This document shows, one piece after another, positions 50,571-64,000 of a DNA stretch of 64,000 bases. The stretch's first letter is position 1; each line of letters starts with the position of its first letter. Under the pieces are notes generated by a model, which saw only the letters and a program-made list of their open reading frames with translations, ran no database searches and was not told the DNA's origin. The translations under genes were made by a program, and so were the position numbers. The stretch lies in assembly GCA_951406725.2 (NCBI GenBank), contig OX597817.1, forward strand, positions 64,046,001-64,110,000, given 5' to 3'. Source of the stretch: Octopus vulgaris (lineage: Eukaryota).

Positions 50571-51571
50571 TCATTCTAAAATCTAGGCACGGGCATGGTT
50601 GGTGTGGTTAAAAACCTTACTTTGCAATTATGTGATTTGTGGTTCAGCCCCACTGCATGGCAACTTGGGCAAGCATCTTTGATTATAGACCCAAGCTAAC
50701 CAATTCTTTATGAGCGAATTTGGTAGACAGAAGTTGTATGGAACTTTGTCATACATATAAAAATGTGTGTGTGCATGTTTGTGTGATTGTCACCACACCA
50801 CTTGAGAACCAGTGTTGATTTGTTTATGTCCTAGCAAATTAGCAATTCACCCAAAGAGGCCAATAGAATAAGTGAATAAGTATTAAACTTGTTAAAAAAC
50901 TAAGTACTGAGATCAATTTATTTACCTAAAACCTTCAAGGTGGTGCCCCAGTATGGCTGCAGTCCAGTGACTTAAACAAGTGAAAGATAAAAAGATAACT
51001 GTAAGACAATGCTTTTCTGGGCTGGTTTGCACCACTAAAAAAGGAGTGAATAGTTAAATAACATAGTTCTTCTGGACTATACCTATCCCTTGTCCAGTGA
51101 GACCAAAATCAACCTCTAGCTATATTTAGAACAGAATCTAAGACACACATGCTACAATTCAATGGAATGAACTCTCCATCCGTTATGATGTGTGAAAAAT
51201 AACAATCAATCTTTATCTTGATAACAATCAATTTTTGCCCTGATGAAGAATTTTGCTTTTTCAAATTCATAATGCAATTGAATTAAACTGAAATGCACTT
51301 AAGCAACATGAATTGACTATTATAATAAATATATTGATTATTCTGTGTATGTATCCTGCATTTCCTTTGTATTGTTAAAACTTTTCTCCTATTTCTAAAA
51401 GATGGGAACATTTATAGTGACAACTGGAATTTCAAAAGTGTAAGGTACTAATATCAGAGAATAACCAACGATAAATACTGGAATTTGCAGTATCATTAAT
51501 TGATATGGAGCTAAACCAGTGTATGCTTGGATAAATATCCCTAGGAAAGAACAACCCCTTTCCACACAGAC

Positions 51572-51626
<55 letters not shown>

Positions 51627-52788
51627 ATGGACCTCTTTCAGTTTCCTTCTACCAAATCCACTAACAAGACTGTGGTTGGGCTGGAGACATAGTAGAAGAC
51701 ACTTGCCCAAGGTGTCACACAGTGGTACTATGATGCAATGGGACAAAATCAGAATGTACAATATAGTTATACAGTCCATTTCCTACAGTGAGATATAAGC
51801 TCGTGACCCCTGGTTTACAAGACTAGTGCTTTCAACTCCTGAGCTACAATGAGAAAATTTATTTTTTAAAATCTACATTATACAAGTAATCTTTACTAGG
51901 TTTATTTTTCAAAACATGTCTTCAGTGTATGACGTGTCACTTGTAAGTCAGTTGCCCTACTAGTTTCCACAAAGAAAATCAAACTTGATATAGAATTATG
52001 GCAAAGCATGTGTGTCTTGTGTGTGTGTGTATGTGTGTGTGTGTGTGTGTATTGACATAGTCAAATGTTTTTGTAATTAATCAAAATGTGAAAACAGAAA
52101 ATATGGCTGAAAGCCAAGAATTTATTTATACATATAGAAAGCATATCAGATGTGTGTTTGTGTGTTGCTGCTCCATAATATATAATTGAATTATTTTTCA
52201 TTTTCTCCTGTTTTTTTTTTTTTTTTTGCTTTTTTTCTGTATTTTGCCTTTCAAATAAATCATAATTGTTCTTGTCCAAAAGAGCCTAAAATTATTGTAA
52301 TCTGCAAATATGAAACATTTGTGTTTATACCAAAGTATACTAAAAAAAATTTCCCAGTTGCTACACGTGTATGTGTATGTGTGTGCATGTGTGTGTGTGT
52401 GTTTGTGTGTGTGTGAGTGTGTGTTTGTGTGTGTGTGTTTGTGTGTGCTTATATATATACATGTATTTATGTATATATGTGCATATGTAAATGTATATCT
52501 GTACACACACATCCATATATATATTATACATATATATATATATATATATATAACGGGAAGCTTTATGAAAATAGACAAAAGAAAATATGTATATGTATGT
52601 ATGATAGATAGATAGATAGATATTTAGACATCACTGTGATATTAAGTTTGCTTCCCAGCCACATGGTTCTGAGTTCAATTCCACCATATTTCACCTTGAG
52701 CAAGTATTTTCTGCTATAGCATTGGGCTGATCAAAGCCTTGTGAATGGATTTGGAAGACAGAGACTGAAAGAAGCCCTTGAATACACA

Positions 52789-52836
<48 letters not shown>

Positions 52837-52849
52837 AATGTTTAAATGT

Positions 52850-53770
52850 TTGTTCTGATGTTTAGTTATAATAAAAACAATTTTGCATTAATCTGAAGAG
52901 TCACTCTAACTTTTGTAGTGTAGAGATTTATTATTCCTTAACAAGAATAGTATTGGCAGTGACTTTGAAGTTTTGGTCAGCCAAGCCACCATTGGATTGT
53001 GATTCAATAAGTTAATCTTGGCTTTATATAGTCTCTGTTGAGATAAAAATTTTCTGGGGTTTGTGGGTTCAGTTGAACAGTAATTCGGTTATAGAGTGGG
53101 TTGTAATAGAGAAGTGTTGTGGAGAACATTTTAGTAATTAAATTTGGGGTTATGTTTTTGTTCAGAATTGAATTTTGTTCAGAATTAAATTTGGGGTTAT
53201 GTTTTTGTTCGGAATTGAAAATAGGTGTGTATATTTATATGTGTCAGCTTCAGGTCATAGGATTTTTTTTAGTGGCTCACAAAAAGGAAGTAGGTAAGTA
53301 AAGGAAGTTTTCTAGTTAGCAGATGCATCATTAGTTTTAATCATTTTGGGATTTATTGGATTTAATCCTTTGTTTTAGCAATATAAAAACAGCATCTAAA
53401 AATTTAGTAATTGTATGTGACAGCATTTTTTATAATGGTATTTTTAAGGGTGCACAATAATAGAATGTAAGTTAGTGGTATGTTTTAGCTGGTCAGTAAG
53501 TTTGTTTACTGCTATTGATGTTAGAATATTTTCTGTTTGTATTTGGAAGGTGGAGGTTATTAGTTAAGCATGCCATGGTGTTGTTAGTATAGAAATTTGT
53601 TTATCTTGTGCTTTGATGTTCACAAAAAGATGTGGGTTGGTATAAAGGTTGTTTGTTCAGTACATTTCTCTCTATGGCTTCTTTGATCAATAAGCAATTT
53701 AATATGTAAGAACTTTATCCTTTGTGTTTTATGGAGGTAGGATTGTGAGCTATGTGCTAATAAATATGTC
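52850..53770 (-). mobile_element. Highly degenerate Penelope-like RT remnant
   Basis: A/C-rich coding-like minus strand with a weak LHSII.HP motif and a short internal tandem repeat. No intact frame. Confidence 0.35.
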
Positions 53771-54305
53771 TTCGATTCTCTTTCATGTGAGCATATGTGG
53801 CTTAGTTATTAGGGTGTTACACTCATGACTGTAAGATTGTGGTTTTGAATGTTGCTGGGCCGAATGTTGCTTGTACTCTTGAGCAAAACATTTCATTTCA
53901 CATGGCTTCAGTCCACTCAGCTAGCAAAAATGAGTAATCCTGCAATGGACCGGTGTCTCATCCAACAGGGAAATATGTACACCACAGAATCCAGGAAGCT
54001 GGCCTTATGAGCCTATGGCTCAAAAAGGACCTTTATATGTATATGTGTGTGTGTGTGTGTGTATTACTGACTCCTTGTCTTGACATCATGAGATAATCGG
54101 AAACAAATGAGACTGTCATGCAAGCAGTGTCCATCATCCCCGATCTTCAGTGGAAAAAATGTCTGGTCCTGAGAAAATATTATCTTACATGGAAACAGGT
54201 GAGGACTGGCAATAGGAAGGGCATTCAGCTGTAGAATATCAGCCTCAACAAAAGTCCATCCCAGCCAAGCAAGCATAGAAAAGTGCACATTAAAATGTTA
54301 TATAT

Positions 54306-54359
<54 letters not shown>

Positions 54360-54579
54360 GTATATATGCAGGAGTGGTGAAAAGATCCAGGCTTTGAGTA
54401 AAAGAAAATAGAGAAGGATCAGTTAATTATGATGTTATTCAACATGTTCCCCTCTCAGATTCACATGCTTATTGCAGCAGCCCTTTAGATTTTCTAAGCC
54501 CTGTAAAAGAACTCAGAAGGTTGGGCCTCCAACTGAGCCTTTTACGATACCTTCAAAGCCAAGAACTTTCCAGCACCCC

Positions 54580-54696
<117 letters not shown>

Positions 54697-55163
54697 CTGA
54701 CAGGTTTCCACACATTTTCTTATTTCTTTATTGCCCACAAGGGGCTAAACATAGAGGAGACAAACAAGTACAGACAAACGGATTAAGTCGATTACATAGA
54801 CCCCAGTGTGTGATTGGTACTTAATTTATCAACCCTGAATGGATGAAAGGCAAAGTCGATCTTGGCAGAAGTTGAACTCAGAATGTAACAGCAGACGAAA
54901 TACCGCTAAGCCTTTCACCCGGTGAGCTAATGATTCTGCCAGCTCACTGCCTTTTCCACACATTTTCTGCCAACCAAATTCACTCATGAAACATTGGTTG
55001 ACCAGGGGCTATAATAAAAGACACTTGCCCTAGAAGGCCATACAGTGGGACTGAACCTGAAACCATGTAATTGCAAAGCAAGCTTCTTAACCATACAGCC
55101 ATTCCTGCACCAAGGTATGAATAAATTGCATTGTAACATCAGTGTATATCCTCATTACCACCA

Positions 55164-55215
<52 letters not shown>

Positions 55216-55261
55216 GTACACACACACATATGTACATATGTGCGCACACATGCACACACAC

Positions 55262-56340
55262 ACCCTCCAAGACATCCGCCTCGGCAATGACACCCCGGTC
55301 TCACACCATTTCCACTCTACCGGTTACTCTTTGCAACACTTGTCCGTGTTCGGATTGTCCTTGTACAGGGGCCATCCGGACTCCTGTTTGCGCCATGAAC
55401 AAGGATTAATCTTCTCTCTTTGCTCCTTTGCGCCACATGGGTTCAACTCTCTTCTCCTTGCCTCTCTCCCCCTCCCTCCTACTTCTTCCCACCCACCTCC
55501 CCTCTCTTGCTCCGACTACTACTTCTCTTCACTCCTACTTCTCTTCACCCCTACTCTCTTTCTCTCATCTCTCTTACTCTCTTTCTCTCTTCTCTCATAC
55601 CCACCTTCTCCTTCCCTCCTTCATCGTCAACCTTCCCCCATAAGCTCACCCCACCCCTACACATTCCTACCCCACCTTCCCTATCCTTCCCATCCCACCC
55701 CATCTCATCCCTTACACCCTCTCCCACATACCTCACCTCTACCCCCACCCTCTGCCTACCCACATACCCCACTTCTTCCCGCTACCCTCTGCCTACCCAC
55801 ATACCCCACCTCTACCCCCACACCCAGCCCAACACACACCCCACCCATGCTTTCCCCACTTTCGCCGCCCCCATCTCCCAACACCATCACACCACACTGC
55901 ACTACACCATACCACACAACGCGTCACATCACAACACACCACCACACTCACACCAGCACTGACCAATTTCCATCCCCACATTTTCACACCTACACATACA
56001 CACACGCACACGTCAAGATCACCAGCCCTCTTTCGCACGCACATACGTACTCTCTTACACACATGCGCACCTTATATTGGGATCACTACTACTTTGTTAT
56101 CTCCCCTTCTTCTTAGCTCCCCTGTGTTACCCTTCTGTTCGGAATTTGCCATAATAGATCGCTAGCCACTACACACATTTTTCCTTCTTTGTTTCTTTCT
56201 GTGTTCATTCCTGTGGAAGAGCATAGGCTCGAAACATTAAAAACTTTTTCAATTCCCGAGTGTTATACTAATACATCTGTTTGCTTTCTATACCACTTGT
56301 CTTCGTTTTTTTTGTTTTTTTGTGAATTCTCCCTATATAT
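55262..56340 (+). mobile_element. Penelope-like element 3' end (GIY-YIG C-terminus, low-complexity UTR, degenerate hammerhead)
   Basis: LQDIRLGNDTPVSHHFHSTGYSLQHLSVFGL..RHEQGLIFSLCSFAPHGFN matches the PLE endonuclease tail (PVA.HF..E..LIF.L....P.GLN). CTGTGGA-AGAGC ATAG GCTC-GAAAC at 56211-56235. Confidence 0.75.
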
Positions 56341-56837
56341 AAATATATATATATCATTGCTATTATGTTAAACTTTCGTGTGTCCAAATTTGACCAAATA
56401 TATTTTTCTCAATATTTATTTTTGCTTGCAATAGCTTCTTCAGATGTCAAGATATCAAAAATTGTCTAAGTATAGTACAACGGTTTTGCTAAGGAATGGT
56501 GAAACTACTTTTTCATTTTCTGAAAAAGCAATGTTTTGGACTTATGACACTTTTACATAATAGGAAAAAATATATATTTACACACAGATGCACACACACA
56601 CACTCACACACATAAGTATATATATAACATGCAGTTTAGAAAACTTAACATACACTGGGGCAAGATACACACACATATAGGACATAGCTCTTCCCATTCT
56701 AAAATTCTTCACACACTCTCTTTCTCTTTCTCCCTCTCCATCTCTCTCTCTCTCTCTCTATTCATTTGTTCTCTATACTACTACTGTCATTACCTCCACA
56801 GTCAGTGCTTTACACTTGTTCAGCACTGAGTTGTCAT

Positions 56838-56879
<42 letters not shown>

Positions 56880-57726
56880 TGCATACATGTACACTTATTC
56901 AGCCACATGCAGTGGTGGAGCAGGCAAAGAAAACTAATATGATTGCACAATATAGACTTCTGCAGGGGTGACAGTACGTCTTGTATAATTTCAGTACAAT
57001 TTTATATAGGACATATACGGTAACTTCTGCTTAGATAATCAATACTTTTAATATATGAATATTATTATAAGTCTAGAGGCATTTGACTCAGTTCGTGAAA
57101 TTTGGTGACAGAAGTTAATGTTATGTGATGATTTTCAGTTGCTTTTTGTTTAGTAAGGACAAATTTGAAATAGTCGTTAAAAAGGGTACAATCGTTATTG
57201 AATAGTTTAGTGAATTTTGTATGCTTTGGGCAATACTTTTTTAATTTTTAAAGCTTTGGGAAATTATAATTCTTTATAATCATTGAATTGCACTCTGTTT
57301 ACCTCTCCACTGGACCTGAGTGCTGAGACTCCTCCTCCTCCTTTTTGTTTTCCTCCGCCTCCCCTTCCTTTTCAACCTCCACTTCATCATCCTCACCCCT
57401 TCCTCATCCTCACATCCTTCCTCATCCTCATCACCACCGTCATCGTCATCATCATCATCATTATCATCATCATCATCTTAATACCTACTTTTCCATGCTT
57501 GCATGGATCATTCAGAATTTATTGAGGCTGATTTTTCTTCAGCTGGATGCCCTTCTTATCACCAACCCTCACCTGCTTTCAAGCAAGGTAATATTTTCCC
57601 CATGCCCTGATATGTTCTCACAGAATATTGGAAATAAATTAACATTGCTGGTATGATAGTGACAACCATTCTGCAACTATCACACAATGTCAAAGACAAA
57701 GAAACAGAAACAAAAATATACATATA

Positions 57727-58147
57727 CTAGCAGTATCGCCCGGCGTTGCTCGGGTTTGTAAAGGAAATAACTATATAAGCATTTTTAGAGAGTTACTTCC
57801 CTTATAGATGCCAATTCGGGCTTTCTTAGCCATTTCTGTTTTGGTGTCTTCAAGCCATGAAGTCGTTGTTCTAAAAGAACGCTGGTCTCCTTGACAACGC
57901 TTTACGACGTTGATTTCCTTACACTCCCTTCCCCACAGCTTCACGAGGGAGGGAAGAAGGGGGAGAAGCAAACAGGTGCAGGTGTGACCATGGACGCCAA
58001 CTCCGCCGCCATTGACACACGAAAAATTATGCATTAAAATGGAATAAAAAATGATGTTAAATCATTTTTAAAATCGTAGACTCATCGTAGACGCGCGCTA
58101 ATACTCAGACGGGCTCGATATGAATCACAACTATAAGATACCCGAAT
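57727..58147 (-). mobile_element. 5'-truncated copy of the same non-autonomous Helitron
   Basis: Reverse complement of 4647-4677 joined to 8961-9337. Has the CTAG end and the CCCGAGCAACGCCGGG hairpin. Confidence 0.9.
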
Positions 58148-58267
58148 CGTTACAACTGCTGACTCCGACATTTCATAATATTGTTTACTAATCAATCTAT
58201 TGTTTACTAATCAATTGGTAACTGCACTAATTAAAAACTTTATTGTTACATATGTATATGTATATTA

Positions 58268-58324
<57 letters not shown>

Positions 58325-58397
58325 GTATATATATAAATGTATATATATACATATATATATGCATATATATATGTGTGTGTGTGTGTTATATATATAT

Positions 58398-58464
<67 letters not shown>

Positions 58465-59139
58465 ATATATGATATATATATACACAATGGACTTCTTTTA
58501 GTTTTCATCTACCACATCCACTCACAAAGCTTTTATCAGGTCAGTACAATAGTAGAAAACACTTATCGAAGCTGCCATGTAGTGGGACTGAACTTTGTTC
58601 CAAGTGGTTGAGAAGGAAACTTCTTATCACAGAGCCCTGCCTGAAATTATTTAGTTGGATACAACAATGAGTTCATCTTCAAAAAAATCAACATCAAAAC
58701 AATAAGATGAAAGGAAAGGTGATGACATTTTTATTTGCTTATGATTTCACCTAAGCTGGTGAAAAGACCAAGCTCAGTTGACAGTGTGCTGAATGGGAAA
58801 AGGTTTTAAGTAACAGCTGCTTACATCCAGCTAAACTAAAGCAACATTTAGAGACAATACATAATCATCATCAACCTCAGCAGCAGCAACAGCAACATTT
58901 AAAGTCTGCCTCCCCATGCTTGTATGAACCAGACAGAATTTATTGAGGCTGATTTTCTACAGCCAGATGCCCTTTCTGTCACCAACCCTCACTGGTTTCT
59001 CAATGAAGGCTGGAAATGAGCAACATCCTTGTATGGCAGTGATGCTCATTCACAGCCCTCACCAGCTGTCAAGATAAAAGTACATACAAACACACACATA
59101 TAATTTGTACACACAAATGTATACATGTGTGTGTGTCAT

Positions 59140-60790
59140 TATTATCATCATCATCATTTAACACCTGTCTTCCATGTAGGTCTCGGTTGGACAGTTTGAC
59201 AGGAGTTAGCCAGCAGGAGAGCTGACCAGGCTCCATTTGTCTGTTTTGTTATGGTTTTTATGGCTGGATGTGTTTCCTAATGCCAACAACTTTACTGGGT
59301 GCTTTTTATGTGGCTCTGGCATGAGAGATTTTTACACGACCCTGAATGGGTGCTTTCCTGCATGGCACTGATACAGGTACTTCTTACGTGTCACTGGCAT
59401 AGGTGCCTTTTATGTGGCACCAGCACTAGTTCTTTTATGTAGCACTAACACTGGTGCTTTTACGTGACACCAGCACCCACAAGTCTGCAGGGCAAAGACC
59501 TATTGGCTGACAGGGGGACATACCTGCATGTATAGATGGCCACGATTTTACTTAGCTTGACATATCTTCTCAAGCATGGCAAATCATCAGAAGTCTTGGT
59601 CCCTTGTCAGGTCTTCAGTGAGGCCTAGTGTCTGAAGATCCTTTTTCACCACTTCATTCATATGATCCTTCCACAATTAAAGATTGGTACTTCTTTATGC
59701 AGCTGTCCTCATCCATATACACCACATGACCATACCATCACAGTCTTCTCTCTTGCACACTATATCTGGTGCCTCTTATGCCCAGTTTTCTCTTAAGTAA
59801 TTTAAATTCTGTTGTACATGCACACTAACATTACCCATCCATTTCTTTCAAGCCTTTGCATGCCTTCAATAGTTACAGCTCATGTAGCATAGCTGTTTGT
59901 ACACAGGCATCATGCAATCTGCCTTTCCCTCTGAGGGAGTGACCCTTTGTTACCAACAAAGGTAGCAGCTCTCTGAACTTTGCCCAGCCTGTTCTTATTC
60001 CTGAAACTACACTTTCAAAGCTTTCTCCTCAAATGCTGACTTGGTCACCTAGGTAATGGAAACTATCTACTACTTTTAAGGGTCTATTTTCTGCACATTT
60101 CTAGTGTTTATTGTATCTGCACATCTGCCACACACAAAGACTAAGTTTCCTGTTATCCTTTCTATGATACCACTGTTATATGTCTGTAGTTTGCACTAGG
60201 TACACCATATGGAGTTCCTACCCACAACATTGCTCTGAAGGGATCAGGGAATTGTCACTTTTTTTTACTTAGTAGGAATTTGGTCTTTGCTAAATTAAAT
60301 CTAAGGCCCTTTGATTTCTGACCTTGCTTCCACACCTGAAATTTCTTCACTAGTTCTGGTAATGATTCAGCAATAAAAACAAAGTCATCAGCATAGAGAA
60401 GCTCCCATGGGCAGCCTATCTTAAATTCCTCTATTATGGTCTGGAGGACTATGAAAAACAAGAGGAAACTGTGAAGTGATCCTTGGTGAACTCTTACTTC
60501 TACACTAAATTCGTTGCTATACACATTGCTAACTTTCACCTTACTGACAGCATTCCTGTACATGGCTTGTACAGCTCTTACCAAGCACTTATCTATCCTT
60601 AGCTTCTGCATTGCTCACCTGATAAGGGAGCAGAGGACCCTGCCAAAGTCTTTCTCCTTATCAACAAAAGCCAAATACAGAGGTTTATTTTTAGTTAAAT
60701 ACTTCTCCTGCAGTTGTTTCACCAAGATGATAGCACCAATAGCGTTTCTTCTTGGCACAAAACAAAACTTCATTTCATCTATGCTCTCTT
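59140..60790 (-). mobile_element. Degenerate RTE-clade LINE, RT to 3' tail
   Basis: ORF 60255-60611 contains VRVHQGSLHSFLLFFIVL..GCPWELLYADD..GLRFNLAKTK. The downstream 3'UTR array and (GAT)n tail are present. Confidence 0.88.
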
Positions 60791-63207
60791 ACTAATTAAT
60801 TGAGCTTTGACCCTTATATATAAATGTATGAGTGTGTGTGTACAACAGGATTCTTTCAGTTTTCATCGACCAAATCCACTCACAAGGCTTTAATTGGCTC
60901 AAGTCTTTAATTGACCCAAGTAGAAGATACTTGCCCAATGTAACATGCAGATAAGACTGAACCTAAAACTCCACAGTTGGGAAGCAAGCTTTTTAACTAC
61001 ACAGCTGCACATAGAATTTAATAATCCAAGTGAAGAATTTTAAAGGAAAATTCTTAAGAACTGACTCAAAGGAAAGTTATTTTTCTGCCATTTTGTAAAA
61101 GAAAATTAAAAATTAAAATGCTATACTTGCTTCATCTCACATTGATTGTCAAATTTATATATAAACAGATGAAACACATGCAATTTCAGAAAACTTAATA
61201 AAACCATATGCAAAAGAATTAGGTACAATGTATAGCAGTTAACAAATGTTGAAAATATTAACATATGACTTACTAATGACACAGTTTCAAGGTACATAAC
61301 AGGAAATGTCAAATTTTTGTGAAACTGAGCTAATAGGTTAAAATAAGCCGAACATTCTTTTAATGGATAAGTCAAATAACATTTTTGGTTTAACAGCTTT
61401 ACTTTTATCACTGCATTTATGAAGGTAGTGCTGAAGTAGACTTATTAATTGGCCAACCTTTTGATAAGCAATATTTAATTTCATTTATACATTTATGGAA
61501 GAAAAAAATGAAATTTCATGCAAAGTTTTTCAAGTATTTGGACTAATGGGGCTGCAGTTGCAAGAACAAAAGATTATCAGAAGGTTAAAAGTATTCCATC
61601 ATTTTTATTGTTGAGTTTTAGCACTGAAACTGATACCTCAAGATTTAGAATTAGACATAAACAATGCCATAAAACAAATTAGTTTTATTTAATTAAGGTC
61701 ATTAAACATAATAGTCTTCAGTTTATAAGGTGAAAATATAACAATTCTGCATACAGCTTTATTACTGCATATTTATGTGTATTGGTGATCATGTAAAAAA
61801 TTGATGTCACTGTTTTGCAGTTCTTTTATTGTTTACTTAATGGGCACTACCTTGAAAAGTCAAGTTAAACAAATTGACCACAGTACTTATTATTTTTAAG
61901 CCTAGTATTTATTCTGTCTGTGTCTTTTGCTGAACAGCTAAGTTACAAGACATTAACAAGCCAACACCAATTCAAGTGATGGTGTGGGACAAACACAAAG
62001 ACACACACACATACATACATACATACATACATATGACAAGCTTCATTCAGTTTAGTCAACTAAATTCACTCACAAGGCTTTGGTCACTCTGGAGCCAAAT
62101 CAGAAGACATTTGTACCTATGTTAATGAGTTCCCACACTGGGAAACAAAACTTGGCCACCTAAGTGACAGTCAGGAATTGTGTGAAAATATTGGGTTATT
62201 TCTATTTCCTGAACTATTTGCCGAAATAAAATATCAGTATTGGTTGGACAAGATGTAACATAAATGAAGTGGAATTATTGGGAATTGTTATTTAAGAGGA
62301 GAGTGCGCACCTAAGTTTATTTTTCTTATGTTGAGAAATCATTATCAAAGAGTGAAAAGAGTATGCATATATTTCCATATTATTCTTTCATATTTTCATG
62401 AGATAAAGCCCTTGAAGTCTCTGGTAGCTGTGGATAGTATTATTACATCCTCTTTCTGGACTCTTCAGCACAACATAACTCATTTCAAAGTCAGAAATAT
62501 AATGAATGCACTTTGGTGCAAATTAAAATGCTTTGATAACTCTGAGACTAAAGGTAGTGATGAGTGTTTTGAAAACATTTGTTTGTTTGTTTTTTTTATT
62601 TTTTTATAAGCAAGATATAAAAACTTCAAGTTTGCAACTTTTGATGAATATGTGGAAATGTGGAAAATTGGACTTTAAAACAAAGAGGATATGCATCTTG
62701 CATATCTTGTTTGAGATTTTCTCCTCATTTTTATGTTATTGCTTTGAAACTAAATTTTTTTTCTATTATGTCAGGTCATTGCTATTCTCTGTACAAAGAA
62801 ATATTCTTGTTATTGATAATAGTTATTTCCATTATCAATATGTAGGCATAGAAATGTGGCAAGTTGGCAGAAGTTGGCATACCGAGCAAAATGCTGAGCA
62901 ACATTTCGTTCATCTTTACATTCTGAGTTCAAATGCTGCCAGTGTTGACTTTGCCATTCATCCTTTCAGGGTTGATAATATCAGTACCAATTGAACACTG
63001 TAATTGACTAATCCACTCACCTGAAATTGCTGGCCTTGTGCCTAACTTAGAAACCTATATCTAGGCTCAGGTGTGGCTGTGTGGGTAAGAAGCTTGCTTC
63101 CCAACCATGTTTGTTCAACATGTTGGTCAAGAAGAAGAAGAAGAAGAAGAAGCCTTTCAGGCAGTGTCTTGATATGGCCACAGTCAAATAACTGAGACAA
63201 GTGCTAG

Positions 63208-63262
<55 letters not shown>

Positions 63263-63299
63263 TAATATAATATAAGGAAAATGGAAAGTTTGATTTCAT

Positions 63300-64000
63300 A
63301 TCACCTATGTACATTTCAGTTTCTTACCTTCATTCATATTTTGCAATTAAGATTGCATTATGCATTTAAAAGGTAAAAATCTCTTCAGGGCAAAAATCGA
63401 CAAATATTCGTTCACATCCTAATGAATGGAGAGTTGCTAACCAACTGAGATAGCAGCATACTTTTGTGCATTTTGTGTTTGTCAGCATGTGTGTCTTTTG
63501 AATTCCTTTCCGATCTTAGGGGGGAAGCATTAAGGGTTACTTCCCTTCCTTCGTTTGTTGTATATTTCTTACTATTATGTTCTTCATCATTTTGGCCATT
63601 ACGTAAATCATTTGTATTTTCCTTATTCTTATTATTATAGAAATCATTTAATTTTTTAGCATTTTGTGCAATATTTTTTGAAATGCAGAAACCCATCCTT
63701 AATTTGTGTGAGTTTATTATTTTGTGATATTTGCTTTCCTTTGAAAAGTGTTTGGCCAAACACTTTTCAAAGGAAAGCAAATATCACAAAATTATTGTTT
63801 GCAAGAAAATTTTCACTATATTGGTCCTAATTTGTTTTGCAAATGGTATTATGAACCATGCTATATTATTTTCATAGTAATTCCTTTTAGAGTAATTTTT
63901 CTGGAGTTTAATAACTTTTATATAGAATTATTATTATTATATGTATTACCTAAATGGTAATATATATGACATTGTTATTTGTTATCCTATTTAGGTTTTT
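63300..64000 (-). mobile_element. Degenerate Penelope-like ORF fragment
   Basis: Minus strand NIAWFIIPF..KHFSKESKYHKIINSHKLRMGF resembles the PLE linker WFNPP..KHFP..HKIFNRN. Confidence 0.55.

Noticed and set aside
51395-51540. Minus-strand terminal-exon-like frame GIFIQAYTGLAPYQLMILQIPVF..VPIF* after TTCCTAG
   Set aside because: No recognisable homology, no clear polyA signal, and it abuts a SINE and a probable Penelope-like remnant. Not supportable without RNA data.
55142-56116. 324-aa Pro/His/Thr-rich ORF
   Set aside because: Made of microsatellite, a short Penelope endonuclease tail and low-complexity C-rich sequence that lacks stops by composition.
62328-62994. Overlapping 93-aa and 153-aa plus-strand ORFs
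   Set aside because: AT-rich, run into a SINE, and lack motifs or convincing splice structure.

Overview
AT-rich, repeat-dense animal genomic DNA. The SINE and RTE families and the very abundant (TA)n/(CA)n/(CATA)n tracts suggest a coleoid cephalopod, probably Octopus (inference). The only host gene I can support is an ER metallopeptidase 1 (ERMP1, M28 family) homologue on the minus strand. Its first coding exon (38103-38700) splices across a ~36.7 kb intron to a 128-bp exon (1249-1376), and the gene continues beyond the left edge. The rest is mostly transposon-derived. Main observations: (1) a young CR1-type LINE (4678-8955) sits inside a non-autonomous Helitron whose empty-site copy is also in the window. 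Its ORF2 has no AUG, overlaps ORF1 in the -1 frame and carries two in-register slippery heptamers. (2) An intact minimal hammerhead ribozyme motif (41012-41049, minus) occurs with several degenerate ones, some linked to Penelope-like termini. (3) A GG..CC MITE with an 8-bp TSD has inserted inverted into a copy of itself, upstream of ERMP1. (4) An R4/Dong-type 3' end lies in a (CATA)n microsatellite. Mariner, piggyBac-type and hAT-type MITEs, RTE fragments and tRNA-derived SINEs are also present. Most short ORFs in the track are microsatellite or repeat artefacts. All calls were made by eye, with no database searches.
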